IMG/VR virus record: IMGVR_UViG_3300048554_000415
Span: 1-52,238 of that record
Origin: a virus
Lineage: Duplodnaviria; Caudoviricetes
Strand: one strand, 5' to 3'
Length of the DNA: 52,238 nucleotides
Shown here: positions 1 to 7,089 of the stretch, piece after piece
Numbering within the stretch: position 1 is the first letter of the stretch
Layout of the letters: every line of letters starts with the position of its first letter
Notes under the pieces: model-generated
The model's database searches: none
The model's input: the letters and a program-made list of their open reading frames with translations, nothing else
Told to the model about the DNA's origin: nothing
Translations under genes and position numbers: made by a program

Positions 1-108
1 GTTACAATGGCACAGTAGAGCCCACTCTTTTGGTTCGTTTCCCTCAGGCAAGTTCCGACGGCCCGTATTGCTACGAACAATCTCAATGCTTTTAACAAAG
101 AGGGTATG
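1..108 (-). ncRNA. Candidate structured non-coding RNA directly downstream of the GIY-YIG ORF (truncated by the window edge)
   Basis: No ORF. About 47% GC over 1-100, above the surrounding coding DNA. Minus-strand hairpin GUUCGUA-GCAA-UACGGGC (61-78) has a GNRA tetraloop and two G-U pairs that form only on the minus strand. CUCUUU (97-102) can pair with AAAGAG (25-30) to close a larger domain. Confidence 0.4.
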
Positions 109-537
109 TTACGACTGTTGTCTGTTTAGTGATTCTATAAGTGCCTTGGAACTGCCAACTCTTACGTTTATAATGCCGTTATAGTATTCATCAGTTTTAA
201 GAACTTCACGGTCAAACTGTTCTTTAGCTTCTAAGTAACTTAGTTCGCCTCTGCTGGTGCAGTAGTACAGTATTTCTCTTGTGAAGTTTTCTGGGCCTAA
301 ATGTTCAACATCTGCATTCAAGTGATCACTGCTTCCCCAATAGGTTCTCCAGTCACTTTCTTTAGTTGAACGTCTTTTGTTTTTCTTGCCTTTGAGTGGT
401 TTTTTGGTTACTTTAAACTTTGCTAGTTTTTTGCCAATGTATTTTTTGCCGTTTGTGAGGTTGGTAATAAGATATACAAATCCTATGTATTCCTCACTAA
501 TTTCTTCTACTATTTTGCCTTGATAAGTCCATTGCAT
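109..537 (-). CDS. Small GIY-YIG family endonuclease (Seg-like, catalytic domain only)
   Basis: Motif GFVYLITNLTNGKKYIGKK, then YWGSS, conserved Glu (YLEAKEQ) and YYN. 142 aa with no C-terminal DNA-binding repeats. Confidence 0.85.
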   Translation of the reverse strand: MQWTYQGKIVEEISEEYIGFVYLITNLTNGKKYIGKKLAKFKVTKKPLKGKKNKRRSTKESDWRTYWGSSDHLNADVEHLGPENFTREILYYCTSRGELSYLEAKEQFDREVLKTDEYYNGIINVRVGSSKALIESLNRQQS

Positions 538-554
538 ATTTGTTTATAGCAACA

Positions 555-584
555 ATTATATATATCTTCTAAGACATTTGTCAA
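555..584 (-). promoter_or_regulatory. sigma70-type promoter for the GIY-YIG gene
   Basis: Minus strand TTGACA (579-584), 18 bp, TATAAT (555-560). A late-like TATAAACA (541-548) lies 3 nt before the ATG. Confidence 0.75.
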
Positions 585-589
585 CCGGT

Positions 590-1279
590 TTAGTACATCT
601 TTTTTAAGATTTTCCAAGTTTGATTGTAGCCTTCGTCAATCTGATGAAAATGTGTACTTGCCTCTGCGGCTGTAAAATCATTACCATCAGGGTAACAGTT
701 GTCTCCGAAAAAAATTGTTGTGCCTTCTTGTTCTAATACAGCTTGACTCTTGTCACAGCCTTTTTTGTAAATGTCTATACTGGTTTCTCCTGCTACTGTA
801 GCAACACTATCTGAGAATTTATTGTTATATGCTTCTGCGATAAATTCTCTACCTTTGTTTTTACAATCCCATTCTGCATAACGGGAGCGTTGATCCCAAT
901 TGGCATTTCTGCCCACGATACTTATATTAGCAGTACCGGTTCTTTGTTCAATATGATTGCCAGTTTTTTCGTTGTAGCTAATACTGTCTAGCAAATTTTC
1001 TAAAAAATTATACTGTTCTGTGTTTAACATCCAATCATTTTTTGATACTTCTTTTGCACCAACGTACACATGATTGCCGCTACAATGATATACCCTGTGG
1101 AATGTGTTTGTTAGCTCTAAACCGATCTGTTCTATAGTTTTTGGTCTATCACTACCTGTTACAATCATACATTTATGTTTGTCAATAAACTCTAACATAA
1201 ACTTACGAAATTCTGGATCGATAGGTTTACGAGCATCAGTGAGTGTACCATCAACATCAAACATAAAAGTATTAGTCAT
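590..1279 (-). CDS. HAD-IIB phosphomannomutase, eukaryotic PMM-like
   Basis: FDVDGTLTDAR (HAD motif I), VTGSD, IEQR, GETSIDI, K, FFGDNCYPDGND. These match the PMM1/PMM2/Sec53 pattern (FDVDGTLT..R, GGSD, GQISFD, FFGD...GGND). Confidence 0.8.
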   Translation of the reverse strand: MTNTFMFDVDGTLTDARKPIDPEFRKFMLEFIDKHKCMIVTGSDRPKTIEQIGLELTNTFHRVYHCSGNHVYVGAKEVSKNDWMLNTEQYNFLENLLDSISYNEKTGNHIEQRTGTANISIVGRNANWDQRSRYAEWDCKNKGREFIAEAYNNKFSDSVATVAGETSIDIYKKGCDKSQAVLEQEGTTIFFGDNCYPDGNDFTAAEASTHFHQIDEGYNQTWKILKKMY

Positions 1280-1592
1280 CGCTTCGTTCTTTCATTTCCT
1301 TAGGGTACCATTTGTATAGTATATCAAGTGGCAATTTCTTTTGTTTACTAGGTGCATGATGTCCTAGTCCTGTTAAAGTTACAGTTCCAACATTCGATGA
1401 TATCATTGTACTTGTACAGTTGGTTGCACATGTGTTGTACATAGAAGCATTATCCACAATAGATAATGTTGTATCTCCTAATAGAGGAGCTTCTGTTTCT
1501 AACCAAGTTTCAAAATCATCGTCACCTTTTTGACCTTTGTTATTAAAGCTATCAATGTGTATTGTGTATTGGTCTTCGTTGTGATCTCTCAT
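1272..1592 (-). CDS. Hypothetical protein
   Basis: 106-aa ORF overlapping both neighbours in the operon. C-terminal KKLPLDILYK motif is shared with the adjacent ORF. Confidence 0.6.
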   Translation of the reverse strand: MRDHNEDQYTIHIDSFNNKGQKGDDDFETWLETEAPLLGDTTLSIVDNASMYNTCATNCTSTMISSNVGTVTLTGLGHHAPSKQKKLPLDILYKWYPKEMKERSDD

Positions 1593-1789
1593 AGTTTTTT
1601 TCCAAAAAGTTTATAAAATATGTCTATAGGTAGTATCTTCTTTGTTAATAATTCTTGTGGATGATAACCATACAGTTGTTCACCTGTGGTTTTTATAATT
1701 TTACGACTAGAGTGCGGAGAATTAAATTCTCTTTCATATACAGTTTTGCCACCGTCTGGGCTTTCATATATCTTAGGCTTATTTGGCAT
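1589..1789 (-). CDS. Small hypothetical protein (IYESPDGGKTVY motif)
   Basis: Likely ATG at 1789 (MPNKPK...), overlapping the gp46 stop. The longer start at 1828 lies deeper inside gp46. Confidence 0.7.
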   Translation of the reverse strand: MPNKPKIYESPDGGKTVYEREFNSPHSSRKIIKTTGEQLYGYHPQELLTKKILPIDIFYKLFGKKL

Positions 1790-3548
1790 CAACAAACTCT
1801 GTATCAGTACTGAATGTAGTAAACCCACCTTCTTTAATAACTTGTAGTATTGTGTTTACACGACCTACTAGTTCATCTCTGTGTGAGATTAAGAAGATGT
1901 TTTTATTACGTTCACGCTCTATCTTTTTAAGTACACCCAATGCACCATCAACACCATTAGTGTCCATGCCACTATCAATAAGTTCATCAATAGCCAAAAA
2001 GTTTATTGGTGTGTTCATACTTTCAAAAACATCTCTAAAACTCCAACTAAGTCCTAGTATCAATCTGTTGCGTTCGCCTCTGCTAAGATTATCAAAGTCT
2101 AAATCTCTGCCTAGTTCTGTAATCTCTACAGTTAAGTCTGGTTGAAATGCAACTTCATGTGGTAATCCTAATTTGGTCAAGTAATAAGCTAGTCTACTGT
2201 TTAGGTATTGCAAGTTCTGTTCAATGATACGTTTTCTAATAAAGCTGTCTTTGTTTGTTAACAGTTTGTATAGGAAGTCCTGATGATCTTTTACTGTGTT
2301 CAGTTGATTCATAGTATCCCAAGTTATTTCTTGTACACCTGTTTCACGCAGACTTTCTATCTGTTCTTGATATGTATCGCTTTCATTTTGCTTGTTTGTA
2401 ACTTGACTACGCAAGTTTTCCAATTCCATATTGTGTTTGTGTGCTTCAGTTTCAGTATTGTAGTGTGTTACTGGCATTTGACCTAGTTCGCCTAAAGAAG
2501 TCAAAGCGTCTGACCATTCTTGTTCTTCTAAAGCGTTTACTGCTATTTGCTCACTAGCTTCTTTCCGTAAACCTTGTTTACTAGAGAGGATCTCCTCTTG
2601 TTTAGCATCGTGTATTTCTTGTCCACATGCATGACACTTGTGATCTTCTAATAGTGCAAGCTCTTTATCTAACTTATCAATAAGTCTTTGTTGTTTTGTA
2701 TTGTCAGTTTGTATATTAGATAACCAACGTTCTGCTTCGTCTTTCAGTTTTTTCTTTTCTAGGTAATCACTCAACAATTTATGATTGCTAAGTTCTGTTT
2801 GGATATCTATTTTCTCTAATGTGTTTATTTGCTGTTGGATACTTTCGACAGTAATTTTTTGTTGATCCCGCCAAATTTTCTGCCTGCGTTCCAGATCACC
2901 GATACTTTTCTCAATTCTGGAATTTGCTTCTTCAACTGCATTAATTCGATACTCTTCTTCTTTGATTGCATCTCTTGTTAGCCTTTGTTGTTCTTTAAGA
3001 ACCTCTGCTTTTTCACTAAGCATTGTTATGCCTAGTAACTGCTCAATAATTGCTCGCTGATCGTTTGCCCGCATACTGAGAAAAGGTTCTGTATATGTGT
3101 TAAGTGCAACAATGTGTTTAAACATATCATGACTCATGCTAAACAGTTTTTCTATTTGTGCTTGAGTTTGACGATTTTCACCTTGTGCTTCGTCTTCGTC
3201 AACATTCTCTTCATTGACATAGTATTTAAGCACATTAGGCTTTCTACCCCGTTCAATACGGTAACTTGTACCATCTTTAACAAAATCCAGTGTAACCATC
3301 ATGCTTTTGCCGTTGGTTTTGTTTACTAGATTGTCTTTGCGTATGTTTGTTAATGCGTTTCCGTAGATAGCATAACTGAGTGCATTAATGATAGTGGTCT
3401 TACCAGTACCATTTCTACTACCATCTCCGCCCAAGTCTACATTATTTCCTAGTACAAGTGTTAATCCGTCATTAGTAAAACGTACAGCCTGTGTAACGTT
3501 GCCAACACTCATAAAGTTTTTTACGGTTAAGTCTTTAATTACTATCAT
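1779..3548 (-). CDS. gp46: Recombination endonuclease ATPase subunit (T4 gp46/Rad50/SbcC-like)
   Basis: KNFMSVGN, Walker A NGTGKTT, coiled coil with CHAC zinc hook, signature LSRGE, Walker B LAIDE, ISH H-loop. Confidence 0.95.
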   Translation of the reverse strand: MIVIKDLTVKNFMSVGNVTQAVRFTNDGLTLVLGNNVDLGGDGSRNGTGKTTIINALSYAIYGNALTNIRKDNLVNKTNGKSMMVTLDFVKDGTSYRIERGRKPNVLKYYVNEENVDEDEAQGENRQTQAQIEKLFSMSHDMFKHIVALNTYTEPFLSMRANDQRAIIEQLLGITMLSEKAEVLKEQQRLTRDAIKEEEYRINAVEEANSRIEKSIGDLERRQKIWRDQQKITVESIQQQINTLEKIDIQTELSNHKLLSDYLEKKKLKDEAERWLSNIQTDNTKQQRLIDKLDKELALLEDHKCHACGQEIHDAKQEEILSSKQGLRKEASEQIAVNALEEQEWSDALTSLGELGQMPVTHYNTETEAHKHNMELENLRSQVTNKQNESDTYQEQIESLRETGVQEITWDTMNQLNTVKDHQDFLYKLLTNKDSFIRKRIIEQNLQYLNSRLAYYLTKLGLPHEVAFQPDLTVEITELGRDLDFDNLSRGERNRLILGLSWSFRDVFESMNTPINFLAIDELIDSGMDTNGVDGALGVLKKIERERNKNIFLISHRDELVGRVNTILQVIKEGGFTTFSTDTEFVDAK

Positions 3549-4561
3549 AGGTTATTATATATGTCCACTAGAAGTTTCTTGTCTATCATATCGCTGTCTA
3601 CAGCATTCAAACTATTATACACTATTTGGTCTACATTTTCAACCTCAATGTCATCGACTACACGCCAGTCCTGTGCATGTTCTTCTTTCTTAGTTGGCAT
3701 AAGTGTTATTTCTCTTACACCATACTGTTGGCTAAATGTTTCCTTAATAAAGCTAGCTTCTTCATAACTGATTGCAATGTCTAGTGTAGCTCTACAATAC
3801 GTTTTACTATTGAGTATTGTATCTGGTTCATCTATTAGCCTACTTAAACTTACAGTTCTATAACGTGGACCATCGAAGTTTATATACTCTGGTTCGCCGC
3901 CCCACTCTAACACCATCATACCACGATCATCATCCCATGCATCAGCATAGTTGTGTGGGAAAGGTGAACCTAAGTAGTGTACGTTGCCTTTGTTTTGTCT
4001 TTTGTGAAAGTGACCAGTAAACACATACTCTGGACCTTGCAAGTGTTCTGCATTTAATTGTCCGTGATCTGGCATTTCTACCATAGCATTCATTTTAAAG
4101 TAAGGAAGTTCAAAATGACCAAACATGTATCTACATTTGGTCTTGCTTACTTGTGTCCACTCATCTCCAACTAACCAAGGCACAAGTGCTACTTCATCTT
4201 GTACCAGTGTTTTTTCATTTATCAAGTGTACATTCTCAAACAGTTCTGCATAAGGTAAACTGTTATAGTCACGCTTCTCTCTATAATACAAGTCATGATT
4301 ACCAGTAATCATGTATACTTGCTTGAATGCACGACTGAGCTTTGCTACGTTTTCCACACTATAGTTGAGTGTACTCACATTTACACTGGCACGATGATGG
4401 TGCCAATCTCCTAAGAATATGCAAGTTTCACAGTTTTTCTCTTTGGCTTGTTCAACAAACCAATCAACAAAGTCTACACAGTCACGATTGTGTTGTTTGC
4501 TATTATTCTTGTTTCCGAAATGTATATCCGTAAAACAAGCCGCACGATTAAAAAATGTCAT
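3545..4561 (-). CDS. gp47: Recombination endonuclease nuclease subunit (T4 gp47/Mre11/SbcD-like)
   Basis: Metallophosphoesterase motifs DIHFG, LGD, GNHD, GHFE, GHFH. Adjacent to gp46. Confidence 0.95.
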   Translation of the reverse strand: MTFFNRAACFTDIHFGNKNNSKQHNRDCVDFVDWFVEQAKEKNCETCIFLGDWHHHRASVNVSTLNYSVENVAKLSRAFKQVYMITGNHDLYYREKRDYNSLPYAELFENVHLINEKTLVQDEVALVPWLVGDEWTQVSKTKCRYMFGHFELPYFKMNAMVEMPDHGQLNAEHLQGPEYVFTGHFHKRQNKGNVHYLGSPFPHNYADAWDDDRGMMVLEWGGEPEYINFDGPRYRTVSLSRLIDEPDTILNSKTYCRATLDIAISYEEASFIKETFSQQYGVREITLMPTKKEEHAQDWRVVDDIEVENVDQIVYNSLNAVDSDMIDKKLLVDIYNNL

Positions 4562-4594
4562 GGAACTCCGTTCACTCAGTTTAAACTTTAACTT

Positions 4595-4623
4595 AGTATA
4601 GCTTCATAGCTATACCTTGTCAA
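4595..4623 (-). promoter_or_regulatory. sigma70-type promoter for the gp47-gp46 operon with an overlapping 8-bp inverted repeat
   Basis: Minus strand TTGACA (4618-4623), 17 bp, TATACT (4595-4600). Inverted repeat GTATAGCT-TCAT-AGCTATAC at 4596-4615. Confidence 0.75.
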
Positions 4624-4626
4624 TGC

Positions 4627-5505
4627 CTAAACGTTGTATCCGTGTTCTTTACGTTCTTTGTCAGCTTTTTCGTCCCATTTGGCTCTTTCTGCCATTTCAT
4701 GTTCAATTTGGCGTGTCCAACTGGGCATTTGACCTGCTTCTTGCAGTAGGTCATCTCTAATGTTTTGATTACGTTTCTCTAGGTTTAGTACTCTAGTAAA
4801 GCTGTTAGTAACTGCGGCAGTATAATAAGCAAATGGATTTTCACTTTTTAGTTCGTTGAACTGCAATCCAATTTGACTTAACTGCAATAGTGCATGACTA
4901 CGCATTTCATCTACATATGTGTATCCACGCCAGTTACTACGCATACTGTAACGTTCGCAAAGTTTAATATACATCTTTGCTAGATTATTTGTAATTTTAC
5001 CATGCTGTGTATTAAATTTACCGTTATCTAATCCACCTTCCCAATGACTACGCAAGCATTCTTTAAGTTCTCCGTTCACATAAGCATAATGCTTAAATGG
5101 AGGAAAGTTACATTTGCTATGATGATCCGCTACAGTTTTTGGTTTATTTTTTCTACCAGGCTCTAGAGGCACATGGTCAAAGGTCATTAATCTAAACACT
5201 AGACTTTTTTCTTCAATTGTGCTTGGGTCAATCTTATAATTTACTTGTTTGGGCTTTTGGCTTTGTTTTCTACTGGTATTATCGTACCATTCCCAATATG
5301 CACTTTCATATGCTAGTATGCTTAATTCTTTTGCTCGATTTTCTTTTGCAGTTTGAATAAACTCTGGGTTCTTAATATCTTCAATGTTTTCTACTATTGT
5401 ATCGAATCTATTGAATTCCTCATCTAAGACATAACAATAGCTTAACTTGCTTTTGTGTATTTCTTTAAGCATGTCTTTGTTGTTTAAATAATTTTGTTTT
5501 CTCAT
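4627..5505 (-). CDS. gp55: Late-transcription sigma factor (T4 gp55-like)
   Basis: N-terminal NYLNNKDML, NWRGYTYVDEM, FNELKSENPFAYYT. Canonical gp55-gp47-gp46 gene order. Confidence 0.88.
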   Translation of the reverse strand: MRKQNYLNNKDMLKEIHKSKLSYCYVLDEEFNRFDTIVENIEDIKNPEFIQTAKENRAKELSILAYESAYWEWYDNTSRKQSQKPKQVNYKIDPSTIEEKSLVFRLMTFDHVPLEPGRKNKPKTVADHHSKCNFPPFKHYAYVNGELKECLRSHWEGGLDNGKFNTQHGKITNNLAKMYIKLCERYSMRSNWRGYTYVDEMRSHALLQLSQIGLQFNELKSENPFAYYTAAVTNSFTRVLNLEKRNQNIRDDLLQEAGQMPSWTRQIEHEMAERAKWDEKADKERKEHGYNV

Positions 5506-5527
5506 TGATAATTCCTTAGTTGAACTT

Positions 5528-5556
5528 AGTATACACGGTTAACATGTAATTGTCAA
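5528..5556 (-). promoter_or_regulatory. sigma70-type promoter for gp55
   Basis: Minus strand TTGACA (5551-5556), 17 bp, TATACT (5528-5533). Followed by AAGTT, exactly as at the gp47 promoter. Confidence 0.75.
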
Positions 5557-5577
5557 TAACTACACATATAATTATCC

Positions 5578-5585
5578 TATAAATA
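5578..5585 (+). promoter_or_regulatory. T4-type late promoter TATAAATA heading the baseplate operon
   Basis: Exact T4 late consensus in the divergent intergenic gap, with a GGAG SD before the ATG at 5605. Confidence 0.8.
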
Positions 5586-5604
5586 CAACTATAGGAGAAC
5601 CCAT

Positions 5605-6198
5605 ATGAGAGTATCGCAGTTAACAGAAGACATCGCAAAAGATATTGCTGTGTTTTACGGTGGCAGATTTCAGCCTATGCATAAAGGTCATCATAAAGTG
5701 TATATGGACTTAGTGGAACAGTTTGGTTCCTCTAACGTATTTATCGCTACTACAATAGCCAAGACAGCGACACCAGAAAAGGATCCTTTCAGCTATGAAG
5801 AAAAAACAAACATAATGACTGAGATGTTTGGTATACCACAAAAACAAATTGTTAAGACCAGTCCATATAGACCTGATGTGAGTTTAACAGGCAAAGATCC
5901 AAACAGTACTGCTATTGTATTGGTATTCAGTGCCAAAGATGCAGGACGTTTAAAAGGTGGTAGTTATCTTAGAGATTATAAACCAGGTGCTGAGTTGGTA
6001 CCTAGTGATCAAGCAGGATATATACTTGAAGTTCCGATACAAGAAGGTGGCATGAGTGCTACTGATTTTAGAGACGCAATGAAAAGCGAAACACTCAACG
6101 ACAATCAAAAGATGATGGTGTTTAGAGAATTTTTTGGAACAATTGAACCAAAAGTATTTGCATTTATAAAGGATAAATTAAATGGCAGTACTAGCTAA
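5605..6198 (+). CDS. HxGH nucleotidyltransferase (cytidylyltransferase-like superfamily)
   Basis: GGRFQPMHKGH, DPFSYEEK and MSATDFR motifs. Confidence 0.8.
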   Translation: MRVSQLTEDIAKDIAVFYGGRFQPMHKGHHKVYMDLVEQFGSSNVFIATTIAKTATPEKDPFSYEEKTNIMTEMFGIPQKQIVKTSPYRPDVSLTGKDPNSTAIVLVFSAKDAGRLKGGSYLRDYKPGAELVPSDQAGYILEVPIQEGGMSATDFRDAMKSETLNDNQKMMVFREFFGTIEPKVFAFIKDKLNGSTS

Positions 6199-6790
6199 AA
6201 ACAGAGCGAGATTAATTTTAAAACCAGGTGCTAGAAGTATATACTTTGGTGGAAATAATATACTAGCTCCACTACAACCTCATCATGGTATTATGTTTCC
6301 TAACCAACCAGATATCACATATTCGCAAGCTGTGTCATATTCAGCATATGATTTAACACATACAAATTATACTTTTCAAGCATATAGAAATACTCCTAGT
6401 CCGGACATTCAGCTAACTTGTCAGTTTGCTAGTGTAACCGATGATGAAGCTAGATATACATATGCTGTATTACACTTTCTAAGAAGTGTTTCAAAAATGG
6501 CTTTTGGTTTAGGACAAGGAAGCCCAGTCCCAGGTACACCGCCTCCTGTATTAGAGTTTAGTGCATTTGGAGATAAACAATTTAAGAACATACCAGTTGT
6601 TGTAACACAATTTAGTACAACATATGATAGTAACGTTGATTTAAAAATATTTGATGGAGATACTCAAATTCCTGTGCTTATGAATATGTTTATCGGCATT
6701 GCAGTAATGCAAAATCCAACAAGACAAAAAGAAACATTTACAACTGAAAACTTCATAAACGGTTCTGCTTATACACAAGGATTCATTTAA
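6182..6790 (+). CDS. Baseplate/tail-tube initiator-like protein (gp48/gp54 or CIS-tube type)
   Basis: GTPPPVLEFSAFG..FKNIPVVVTQFS pattern. Lies just before gp53 and the hub. Confidence 0.6.
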   Translation: MAVLAKNRARLILKPGARSIYFGGNNILAPLQPHHGIMFPNQPDITYSQAVSYSAYDLTHTNYTFQAYRNTPSPDIQLTCQFASVTDDEARYTYAVLHFLRSVSKMAFGLGQGSPVPGTPPPVLEFSAFGDKQFKNIPVVVTQFSTTYDSNVDLKIFDGDTQIPVLMNMFIGIAVMQNPTRQKETFTTENFINGSAYTQGFI

Positions 6791-7089
6791 TGGTAGAATA
6801 TTCAAGCACTAGTAACTATGTAATTACAGGGGTTGGAGCAAAAGCATTAGATTTATATGATCCGCCTTTGACATCAGAGACGCTGTCGGACGAAACAGTT
6901 TCTTTAGTAATACAAGCTAAATTTAATCGTCGACCAGATTTACTAGCACATCAAATGTATGGATCAGCTAGACTCTGGTGGGTGTTTGCACATTATAATA
7001 GAGACACGCTTGTTGATCCTATAATGGATTTTAAATCCGGCACAAGGATTATTGCTCCTAGAAACTTTACTGTTCAAGGAACAAACTAA
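6790..7089 (+). CDS. gp53: Baseplate wedge subunit, gp53/LysM-like
   Basis: RPDLLAHQMYGSARLWWVFAHYN...DPI.DF..G..I..P pattern. Confidence 0.75.
   Translation: MVEYSSTSNYVITGVGAKALDLYDPPLTSETLSDETVSLVIQAKFNRRPDLLAHQMYGSARLWWVFAHYNRDTLVDPIMDFKSGTRIIAPRNFTVQGTN

Noticed and set aside
109-537. GIY-YIG gene as an intron-encoded or recently mobile homing endonuclease
   Set aside because: It has its own promoter, the upstream PMM gene is intact, and no interrupted host gene or group I intron core was recognisable in the visible sequence.
1104-4601. Short plus-strand ORFs over the gp46/gp47/PMM region
   Set aside because: Antisense shadows of well-supported genes, with no motifs and no SD.
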